Shown piece by piece: positions 53,346-64,000 of a stretch of 64,000 bases of DNA. The position numbers were made by a program, and so were the translations under genes. Position 1 is the stretch's first letter. The number at the start of each line of letters is the position of its first letter. The DNA is taken from NCBI GenBank assembly GCA_964016885.1, contig OZ024743.1, positions 312,108,001 through 312,172,000 on the forward strand, read 5' to 3'. The notes under the pieces were generated by a model. That model worked only from the letters and a program-made list of their open reading frames with translations, searched no databases and had not been told where the DNA came from. This DNA comes from Eledone cirrhosa (lineage: Eukaryota).

Positions 53346-54965
53346 TCATTACTGGGTTTAGCCATGTACATTATTTAACTAATCAATCAGGGAAGCACCT
53401 TCAACACAGAAGGTGGCAATTTTCAGCTCAAGCTCACAAACTTGCAACCTAATATACATGATCTCTGTACCCACCAAACTCATTCTTTCCATTAAAATAT
53501 AAGTCAAGCATTAAACAAGTGTTTGCATTATAGTTTACTAGTGAAATTCGTATTTCCTATCGTTTTTTTTTTTTATGTTTTGAATAAATATGTCCTTCAA
53601 AATGGTTGGAAATTGGTAAAAAAAAAAAAAGGTAATTATATAATGGAGATGTGTAACAAAAACTGTATTCTAAATGATACTTAAAACACTTTAAATATCA
53701 AAATATTAAAACTTCATAAATATATTCCCCACTCATGAGAATTTAAAAACTGCACCATTTAAACAATGTGTTGATTACCTGCCTTGGCTTATAAACGGGG
53801 TAGGGATTTTTTGTCTATTTTTCAGGCATAAAATAGGGGGTTGACTTACATTCATGTATAGAAGGTAAATTGTATTAAATGTTGGTAAATTAGTTATGTA
53901 TGTATTTAATTAATTTGCTTGGTAGTAAATAGAAATTAAATCACTGAACAAATTCTATGAGCAAAGCTAACCAATAGGAGAGCCAGAGGTAGACCATAAG
54001 CAAGATGGTTGGGTAACATCCATAGTTCAGTTGGTCATTTGGAGATGTTACTTCTGATATAACCTTCTTGAAGGCATGTCTGAAAACTGTTACCCCACAG
54101 AGAAGCTCTGATGTAAAGATTCGTTCAGTGGCTGAAGAATTTGCACAGTGTATCAGTGCCATCATAAGCAAAAACACACACAATCACACTTTAGTTGGTT
54201 GTCAATTCAGATTGTTGGACCTATTTGCTGGTGCATTCACAGTTTCACTGTCAAGTTCTGCTTATATTGCCATCAAGCATAACAAACAGACGCTTGTCTG
54301 CCACTGTATACATATTGGTTGGCTGGCTGGTTGGTTGGCTGGTAGCTGGTTGGTTGTATGGAATTGGTCATCCATGGTAATGTTATGTTTATAAATAATA
54401 CAGAAAATGTGATACAGATAAGCTAATAACACAAAATAATCTAACCATGCCACTGAAATAACAACCAAACAGCATGATATAATATATCTAAAGCAATATG
54501 GTATAGACTGACTATATATTGTCCTCTCTCTCTCCCTCCCCTCTCTCTCTCTCACTCTCTGATTAATGTCATGTTTATGTTTTATTGCCTGTTATCTCTA
54601 CTGTCTTATGACCATGTATTCAGAGGCATAATCTCATTCCTGGTGGTGCCTTGTATACTTGAGCAAGACACTTTATTTCACATTGCTCAAGTTCACTTAG
54701 ATGGCAAAAATGAATTGCACCTGTAATTCAAAAGGCCAGCCTTGTCATACACTGTGTCATGCTGAATCTCCCTGAGAACTATGGTAAGTGTACATGTGTA
54801 TGTGGAATGCTCCTCCTCTTGCATGTTAATGTCAAGAGCAAGTTGTGTTGATTAAACAACCGGAACCCTCATCATAATAGCTCATGGAGGTCCAACATAC
54901 AATTATATAACAAAGAATTTATTGCAATACAAAATATCCAGTAGTAAAAAAAAAACTGTACAATA

Positions 54966-55170
54966 TATGAGAGCTGGCTGAAAAGTTCATAGGCTGACCA
55001 AGATACTCTCATGGAATGACCAAATGAGGTTTATTTCTCAACATAGTCCCTGGAAAGAAACAATGAAGTTATTAATAAGAAGAGTTGAAATTAATGCATG
55101 CAAGATTTCACAGCTCTAGCATCACTCCTTCATAGTAAGCCTATGAACTGAAATTATCAGCCTTGTATAT
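54966..55170. mobile_element. Tc1/mariner-like MITE; inverted partial copy at ~5880-6050
   Basis: GCTGAAAAGTTCATAGGCT ... AGCCTATGAAC inverted ends with TA flanks. The body matches the reverse complement of 5880-6050. Confidence 0.7.
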
Positions 55171-55540
55171 AGCAATAAGGAAATAAAAATAGAGAGAAAA
55201 ATAAGAAAAAGAGTTAGAAAAAAAAGAAGGGGAATAAGCAACAAAAGAAAAGAAGATGAGGGGGCAACTGGTTCTACACCCCAGTTTAAGCAGTGTTTCA
55301 GCTGTACCCCATGGATAAAATGGTAAAGGTATAACTATGTATTAACCTCTTGATGAGATAATAGTAATAGCTAATGACACATCTGGTGTATATATATATA
55401 ATAATGGTAATAATAATAATATTATGAATAAATGATTTCTTTATTGGCCACAAGGGCTGACATTATGAATAAATGGAGTATTAAAACTGTGTTATCGGAT
55501 GGTTAAAAGCTCGATGTAATGGGGTTCATGCAGAGCTGTT

Positions 55541-55726
55541 ATATACTAATTTAAAAAACACCAAAGATGCAAGGCATAGACCCGTCCCCAGGTCACAGAA
55601 TTGCAGTTCAAAAAACCTAAGGTTTTTTGAACTGCAATTATATGACCCTGGGACAAGGTTTAGGTCGGCAGAAACATGTTAGTTTGACAATGACTTGAAG
55701 CTTTGGTGGTTTAAAAATTAGTATAT
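55541..55726. repeat. Fold-back inverted repeat (palindromic MITE-like element)
   Basis: Outer arms ATATACTAATTT..CACCAAAG and CTTTGGTG..AAATTAGTATAT. Perfect inner stem AATTGCAGTTCAAAAAACC-taa-GGTTTTTTGAACTGCAATT. Confidence 0.85.
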
Positions 55727-56049
55727 TATATATATGTAGTTTTCTTTCTTTCTTTTCTCTCTTAGTGCTGACATTAACCTTACCAACAGTGGTGGTAGCA
55801 GTTTAAGCTGATGGCTTCGACTGTAGTGGTAGTAGTGGGGGATTAAATAATCTAATTTAAATTAAATCTGCTATCCTAACAACAACTCATCTCTGACTGA
55901 TCCTTTAAGACCCTCACAGGGATACTCCCTTGATAATGAGTTTTTAAATATTTGGGATGATTAAATTTGCTAAGGTAAAATTCTATCGTTATCTTGACAC
56001 CTTTAATTTTCTAATGCATTGTATGACTTTTAAAATTATTAAAATTTAT

Positions 56050-56665
56050 ATAGTAATATATGTGAATGGCAAAGCATAAACGAATTGAGAAAGAGACTGA
56101 ACATAAGAGGAATCAAATGCTGTGTGCAGGAGAGGAGGTTGCGTTGGATTGGACATGTGACGTGTATGAAGCATAACAGCTGCATAAAAAGGTGCAGAGC
56201 ACTAGAAGTCAATGGAAGCCGCGGAGTGGGGAGATCCAAGAAGACCTGGGATGGGGTGATAAAAGCAACCTTACCCAATTGCACTTCTCAAGGGCCATAT
56301 CCTCTGGCATCAGGCAGTAATACAGAAGACCCGACTTCCCACAGGAACAAGCCGAAGCTGAAGCATATAGACAATATGCCCCCACCCCCTCCCACTGCAA
56401 AGTGGTTGTGGAGGTGCCACGGCAAAAAAGCACCCAGCCCACACTGTAAAGTGGACATGTAGGCGTCATGGAAAAAAAGCACCCAACACTCACTGTAAAT
56501 GAGGTTGGTGTTAGGAAGGGCATCCAGCTGTAGAAATCAAGCCAGAATCAGTTCCTGTATGAGCAAGACAAGGTCAGCCAACTGGACACTGCTCACAACA
56601 CGACAACCCATCTAACCCATGCTATCGTGGAAGAACGGACGTAAACCGGTGATGATGATGATGAG
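56050..56665 (+). mobile_element. RTE LINE 3' fragment
   Basis: RRLRWIGHV...GVGRSKKTWDGVIK plus 3'UTR shared with 24640-25100. Confidence 0.85.
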
Positions 56666-56719
56666 GATTTCCTATTCAACAATGCTTCAAGCAAACTACA
56701 ACACTCTGATATATATATA

Positions 56720-57890
56720 CTAGCAGTGTATCCCGGCGTTGCACGGGTAAGAACATTGTTATTCTTTCTCTCTATCCCCCAATGAGAAACGTTTGTGAGT
56801 GCCTGTTAAAAACTCACGAAAATATACCAACAGTAAACTTGTTTTATTTGGAGAAAATTAAGTTGAAAGTACAGTTTAGCTGTCTATGTGCATTGTTCAT
56901 AGAAATATTGTTGAACCCGTTCTTTTCATACTCCTCTGTTTTGGCCTATTGGTGTAAATGTGAAAGAGAAAGTCACATGTTAAGTTGGCAGAAGGTTCCA
57001 GTGCAACAGCAGTAAGGCGTGGGCTACTTACCTCAAAAGTTCATTTGCACTCTTTTCACTAAGTTATTCTTTCTCTCTATCCCTCTCGGTGCAGTCCCTT
57101 GCGAATTTCTCGCGTAGGCCTGGTGTAGATTTGCACCCGATCCAACTGCCTGATGCACATGTCCGCTTTGTACGGCTTTTGGAGGAAGGAGTGACCAGCA
57201 GTACGTTGTTTGGTATTATTACGAAAAGGTGTAGCAGAGAATCCGCGTGAACTAACAGCTCAGGAGGAAACTGCTTACCTCGAAGATTCATTCACCATCG
57301 TTCTTGTCAATGCTCCGTTTAGTTGGTATTTGTTGGTCTACAGTTAGATCAATGGCGCACAAAGGGTTAATGTTTATTGGCAAGAAGTGGCAACTGGGCT
57401 GGCTTGCCTCACTTATATTATATATTAAAATAACAGATTAAAGTTTAAGCAAAGAATTGCTGCTATCACCCTTAACAGGATCTTCTGAAACTAAAAAAAA
57501 TCAATCTGTGAACGCAGAAGTAAATATTTCGAAAAACGTTGCAACCGAAGGAAAACAAGAAGACGATACTTTCGTTTGTGAAGACATTCCCTGGCAATGA
57601 ATGGAAAATAGCGAACATAATATGTCATCAATGTTTGTCATAATGTCGTAATGGAGACAGCCAGACATACAGATATTATAAGGGCGCGATGGAGATCAAT
57701 AACTGGCGCCTAACACCGCTTTAACAACAGAAAATTGAAAAAGAAAAGCTGCAGTTAATATCTTTAGACTGCAAGGAATATATAAATGCAAGTTTGAAGT
57801 CAATAGGAGTAGAAATGTGGTTTTGTATAGACTTTGCAAAAATGAGGACACACACACACAGACAACTACAGTTTTATATATATATATACA
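56720..57890 (-). mobile_element. Non-autonomous Helitron
   Basis: Minus-strand 3' end has the hairpin CCCGTGCAACGCCGGG, then CTAG|T (56720-56723). The 5' end reads TG(TA)nAAAC (canonical TC start degenerate), followed by (TG)n. Confidence 0.75.
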
Positions 57891-59479
57891 ACTTGGCTTC
57901 AGTATTACCGTATATAAACCATTGCATCTTATAATGTATCACTATAATGGTTTCTACATTTGGCACAAGGCCAACACTCTGAAGGGAAAGAGAAAAATTG
58001 ATTAAATTGATCCCAGTCCATAAGGATGACAGGCAAAGCTAACCTCGGCAGGATTTGAACTCAGAATGTAAAGCCTGTTGTCCAACACTTTACTGATACG
58101 GTCAATTCACTGCCCTTCGTATAACAATAACACAAGGTCACAAACCTAGGATTCAACCAGTATTAAAATTATATGTAGTCTACAGCCCAGATGGTACCAT
58201 CTTATTTTATTAAAATATAGCTGTAAAGTGGTTACTGATAGCAAGAGCATCCAGCTGTAGAAAGCTTGCCAAACAAAGGGTTGGGAGGACTCTTTATTGT
58301 GTCAAGGATATGACAACCTCTCTAGTGTTGGTTATCTACACTATAAACTTACCCAGTACACACTGTAAAGTAGTTGGTGATAGGAAGGGCATCCAACCAT
58401 AGAAAGCCTGCCAAACAAAAGGATTAGGAGAACCCTTCAGTTATGTCAAAAACATGACAACCTCTTTTATGCAACCAATAGAATGTTAGATCATATGTAA
58501 GTGAGATGAGATGTCTGTCTGGGAGGTCAGTAGCCCTGCTTCAGTACTGACTAGGTCTTTGTAGACCCTTGGTAGCAGGGAAAGCAGATGTTAAACATGG
58601 ATGAATATGATGATGGGGGTAGTTCTCTTGTCCAGGGTCCCTAGTTATTTTTATCCAGCCATGGATACAACAAATGGTATTGAGCAGCTACATCCCAATA
58701 TGGTATTATTTCTGGTATTATTTCATAAACTCCTGCTGGATGAGATGCAAATTCATCATCCTCATCATCCCTGATAGCAAGGGTTGGGTGGGTTATCACT
58801 GTCCAAGTTAGTAGTTAATCAGTTACTATTGATCTCTCAGATGGGCCGAGGGTTGCATCACATTTACATACATTCTTACCCTCTACAGCGTGTCCAATCC
58901 AGTTCAGGGCCTTCTCGTTCCTGTTGGAGGAACCCCTCCTAGTTGACCACCACTGCTTTCTGTTTGGTTTTGGTCATGTCAGGGGTGTAGGTGTATTTAC
59001 CATGCTTGTCCAATTGCGGGTTGGTGAGGCTATTTAACCCATAGTTCATCCATCTTTTTAACAGTTCTTGTGTTTTTCTGCTGCTGGGGTTCCACGTACC
59101 CTTCTCACAGATCAGGGTCTGGCAGGGTAGCAGTCTAGTCACGGACAAGCTCAACAATGAAACAGGTTTTACTGGGTTGCATGGTACCAGTAGTAGGTAG
59201 AAGCCTGACCTACAGTGTGTACTGGGTGCATTTTATGATGGAAAAAGCACCAGGCAGGTTGTCAGTCATTGATTTAACTGAAGAGCTCTCTCTTCCCCAT
59301 GGGATAGGGTGAGGTAAGAAGGATAAGTATGATATTTGGTTTTAAAATCAGGACATAGAAAGGTGGAATAAGATACTACAAATAATTCATTCCATCAAAT
59401 ATTCTATTGTTTCTACCATTCCACCATCCATTTACTCCTAATTATGATATCAAATCTTCAGAACCAACACCACCACCAT

Positions 59480-60030
59480 CTTTTATTACACTTATCCTCT
59501 ATATACATCACCACCACCTCTATATTCACTCCAACACCCATCACTGCTGTTACCTCTATCCTCTATATGCACCACAACAACCACCATTACCACCATCACT
59601 ATCTCCATCCTCAATATCCACAACCATTACCACCTCTATCCTCTATATCCACTACCACACCACCACTATTTCCATCCTCAATATCCAAAACCACCCCCAC
59701 CATCACCACCTCTATCCTCTATATCCACTACCACTACCTCTCTTCTCTATATCCACCCCACCACCACCACCTCTATCCTCTATATCCACTACCACCACCA
59801 CCATCACCACCTCTAACTTCTATATCCACTACCACTACCTCTCTTCTCTATATCCACCCCACCACCACCACCTCTAGCCTCTATATCCACTACCACCAAC
59901 ATAAAATAGCAGTCACCACCATCAGCACCTCTAACCTCTCTATCCACTACCACCACCATTTCTATCCTCTTTATCCCCTACCACTACCTCTCTTCTTTGT
60001 ATTCACATCCCACCACTACAACCAACATAA
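59480..60030. repeat. C/A/T-rich minisatellite
   Basis: Repeated 'cctctatcctctatatccactaccaccacca'; almost no G on the + strand. Confidence 0.9.
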
Positions 60031-61277
60031 AAGAGCAGTCATCATCATCATTATTTCAACATCTGTTCTGTTCTTTGAGACGGGAGGTGTTCATGTTAAC
60101 AACTACTGAATAATTTCTACAATGAACAATCAAAAGCCACAATTTGTAGTTTGTATATCCTTACCATATAATAATAATTGTTTCTACTTTTGGCACAAGG
60201 CCAGCAAGTACCCAGTAGATTACTGGTACTTTATTTTATCGACCCCGTAAGTTCTACTTTTGGCCAGCAATTACCCCAGTGCATTACTGGATCTTTATTT
60301 TATCGACCTCGTAAGGATGAAAGGCGAAGTTAACCTGGCGGGATTTGGACTCAGAACGTAAAGGTCTATAACTCCTTGCTGCAAAGCATGGTGTCTGACG
60401 CTCTACCGATACTGCCAAACCATCATATAATACTGATAATATTGAAAATTATTGTGTACATTGCTTAGGTGCACTAGAACTAATAATTTTGAAAATAATG
60501 ATGAATTTGAATGGATTTAGTAATATAACTAACTTTTTCTGGCGTTTGCCTCAAAAGATGTCTGGGTGTGTTAACTGAAGCAGATATGACCAAGAGGTTA
60601 AATGAGAAGAGAGCATGTGAGTGTGGAAAGAGAAAAACTGATAGGAAGTTAAGGGAGGAAGAGAAACAGTGAACAATGCTAGCTAGTTACATGCTGGTTG
60701 TTGGTAAGAGGTTGCACAATAGGAGGATGTCTTGGTAGGGTAGAGAACTAATGGTGGATAGCTGCAGAGAGGTGTGATAGTAATAGTGGATAAAAACTAA
60801 GTCTCGCCAGAGAGAAAGTGAGACTACAGATAAAAATGTGACTACAAGTATAAATTTGGACACCCTGTCTACCTTGTAAAGTGGACGTGTTGGTGTCACA
60901 AAAAAAACAAAAAACACACACACACCCAATCCACACTGTAAAGTGGTCGTTTTGTTGTTATGACACAAAGCACCCAGTGCACACGGTAAGTGATCCTTTT
61001 GGCGCCTTGATAAATAGCACCCAGCCCACACTGTAAATGTGATTGGCGTTAGGAATGGCATCCAGTCGTAGAAACCAAACCAGAAACGGTTCCATATGAG
61101 CAAAACATGGTCATCTGATCTGACTTTTCTCACATGACAATTTGTTTAACCCATGCCAACGTGAAAATGGAGGTTAAACGGTGACGATGATGATGATGAT
61201 GATGATAAAGGGGGTAAACAGAATAATAGCAGGGTAGAGTAGAAGGGACAGTGGCAGATGCAATCGAACTGCACCAA

Positions 61278-61372
61278 CTCTAGCCCTAATTCTAAACCTT
61301 AACCATAGCCATAACCCTAAACTCTAACTTTAATCTCTAACCCATAAATCCTAACTCAAAATCTTAACCATA
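61278..61372. repeat. Degenerate telomere-like (CCCTAA)n tract
   Basis: ccctaa ttctaa acctta acc...ataaccctaa actctaa...ctctaa ccc...cctaa: 6-bp periodicity. Confidence 0.65.
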
Positions 61373-61817
61373 ATACGTAAAATACATTATATTAAATCTT
61401 ATTAAATATGAGTCAGACCGTAAAGTATTTATTTTGATTTTTTTTGTTATGATCATACGATGATTATGACGTTAGTGATGATTGTGATAATGACGTTATT
61501 TATCATCATAATGATGATTATGGCCCATACTGACAATTATGATCATGATGGTGGTGGTTACTTCAAAAAATCACAAGCCTCTGATTCACCCCAAGTTAAC
61601 AAACCTAACTAAATATATTTACTTTCATTATATAATATTTCAATGTATGATGTTTATAGCGGTCTTAATGTTATGTGACAAACTAGTAGGTTATTTAATG
61701 AAATAATAAGAGGACAAACAAGCAGTAAAAATTATAGGGTAAAATCTGGTTAAAGTTGCAGACGACGCTCTACCATAATTACAGAGAGAGAAAGAGGAGC
61801 ATTGTGGGATAGCAGCT

Positions 61818-61856
61818 ATGGCGACAGACGATTGCGAGGAAGATGTTATTTTCGAG
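61818..61856 (+). CDS. Probable first coding exon of a divergent, unidentified gene
   Basis: gcagctATGGCG Kozak context, MATDDCEEDVIFE, then GAG|GTGTGT donor. Local CpG enrichment in AT-rich unique sequence. No second exon found in the window. Confidence 0.5.
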
Positions 61857-62297
61857 GTGTGTATAAAGTTGTTTGAGTTCTGATTTACGAGTTATTTTTG
61901 TGTTAATGTATAAGATATATACGTGATGAAATAAAGTCAATGAATTCAAACTCTGGAAAGCTATATAGTTTCGTAGAAAAACCATCTCCATTTCGTGTTT
62001 ACTATCATGTTTCTACTGACAGCCTGTAGATCTGTTTGTTGTTATACATATATATATATAATGATGTAGTGATTTAAATTTTTTTTTTACGTGAATTTAT
62101 TTAAAATAATGAATTTATTCTGGTTATTTTTGTTTGTGGAAAACCAAACAGTTACTCTTGCTACTCTGCATTTATCATATTTTACCTTAAGTCAGTCTCA
62201 CCGTAAATCAATATTCCCTCTTGTTTTCCTTTATTTCTTCTGTATTTCCAAATTCTTTGAGAGAAACCAAATGAGTATTTCTGAAAAAATAATCTTG

Positions 62298-62332
<35 letters not shown>

Positions 62333-63044
62333 CTTTATTGTTATAGAAAATTCTTCATGGAATATATTCGTTTTTAATCAGTTTCTTAGGCAGACTATAA
62401 GTACGAGACAATTTTCGTTGATTTCTCTTAGACTTGGAATGGATATTAAAGGAATTGTCATTTACACTTGGACATTCCGGACATAATTTAATGGGAACTG
62501 ATAAACAGAACATGTTTTCAGTAATTTAGCACAATTAAACTGCATTATCTAAAAACAATATATATATATATATATATATATAAAGTAACTATGAATATAT
62601 AATTAACGTAATTTGTAGTGTTACACTACAGCATTGTGTATATAAATATATAAATATATTCCGATTGTATTTCCAGTGTATATAAATATATTTCAATTGT
62701 ATTTTAAGCTCATTTATAAATATATTTTGTTTGTTGATGTTCTTTCGCTCTAAGTAGACGGCAATCTCCGATCAATAATTTCATTTAAATCAATTACAAT
62801 GATTTTCTTTAAAATGATCTATAATGGTTATGAAATATAATTTATTTAATTTTAGACAATTTTTACTAATAAATAATTCTGAATTTCCAGATAAAATGAT
62901 GTCCCAAACTTGCGAAATTTTCTCTTTTACTAATAAATCATTCGATTTTTTTACATATGTACCCCCCCCCCCCCCATATATATATGCATGTGTGTGTATA
63001 TATATATATATACGTGTGTATATATATGTATGTATATCCTTATC

Positions 63045-63670
63045 GTCGCCCACTTATTCCTGAGAGGGTTGTTGGGGCAGAGTCCTCAAATACTCCTTCC
63101 AGTGGGTCCTGTCAAAAGCAACCATCTCCAACTGATCCTGCTGGTTCCCCAGCCAAGCCATTGGACCAATATCCAGACACATTGCTCGGGGTCTACCCCT
63201 GGGTCTCCTGCCGGTTGGTTTTGCCTGTAAAATCTGTCAGCTCTCAATCTATTCAGAGAAATAGTGGCTCTATCTGGAGTGACTCTCATCTCCGAGTTAC
63301 ACACTCTGTCAGGTATTATTTCTCCTTCGGAGGAACCCTGTTTCGGCCACTTATATTCGCGATCATATTCTTTCGGTCATTACCCAAGATTCATGACCAT
63401 AGGTAAAAGGTGGCACGAATGCCGAATTGAAGATAGTGAGTTTGGCTTTTACACATACATCACTTTTTCTGATTTCTGAACGCTGAAGCTGGTGTATTAC
63501 TGCACAAGCTCCTGCAATTCTTGCACTTAATTCAGCCTCCTGCCTTCCATCACTTGTGAACATGGCCCTGAGATACTTGAACTTCTCCACCTGCTTCACT
63601 GGAACTCCATTCACATGTACAGTGGACTGTGGAGGCTTCCTTGAGAGGACAAGTGTCTCAGTTTTCACTG
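63045..63670 (-). mobile_element. RTE-like LINE 3' fragment, second family
   Basis: KQVEKFKYLRAMFTSDGRQEAELSARI...TYGHESW. Confidence 0.82.
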
Positions 63671-64000
63671 TACTAATTGGTGACAAAAACACCCAGTCCA
63701 CCCTGTAATAGTAGCCTATAGGAGGTTGTGCTGGTACCATGAGAAAAAAAGCACCATACTACCCTGTCAGATGGTCTTTTTGTTGCCACGATAAAAAACA
63801 TTCAGGCCACCCTGTTAAGTGGTTGGCATTAGGAAGGGCATCCAGCTGTAGAAATCAAGCCTATAACAGTTCTCTATCAGCAAGACATGGTCACCTGGTC
63901 GGACTTGTCTTATAACATGACAACCCATCTAACCCAAGCAACCATGGAAAATAGACATTTAATGGTGAATATATATATATATATTAACTAGAAATTGATT

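Noticed and set aside
54068-54394. ORF containing FRLLDLFAGA, like cytosine methyltransferase motif I
   Set aside because: No further MTase motifs (PC, ENV) and no good splice context. It adjoins an RTE 3' remnant and a simple repeat.

Overview
AT-rich, repeat-dense animal DNA. The SINE, RTE-LINE and microsatellite content points to a coleoid cephalopod, probably an octopus (inference). Nine GT-AG exons on the minus strand (51496 down to 1709) splice in consistent phase into 400 codons plus 1 nt: signal peptide, Cys cluster, Thr-rich insert, two FnIII-like domains resembling the IL-17 receptor ectodomain, and a Ser/Thr stalk. The gene continues off the left edge. Its 33-kb first intron holds RTE LINEs with a PHD finger, SINEs, MITEs and a Penelope-like remnant. 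The most notable insert is a 2.24-kb Transib/RAG1-like DNA transposon (38355-40593) with CAC-heptamer ends, a perfect 5-bp CAATG target duplication and decayed RAG1-core motifs. It may also carry a convergent PHD remnant, as in RAG1L-RAG2L (ProtoRAG) elements. Upstream of the gene lie a non-autonomous Helitron, a fold-back element, a telomere-like tract and a probable first exon of a divergent gene. Repeat boundaries are approximate unless a TSD or TIR is quoted.
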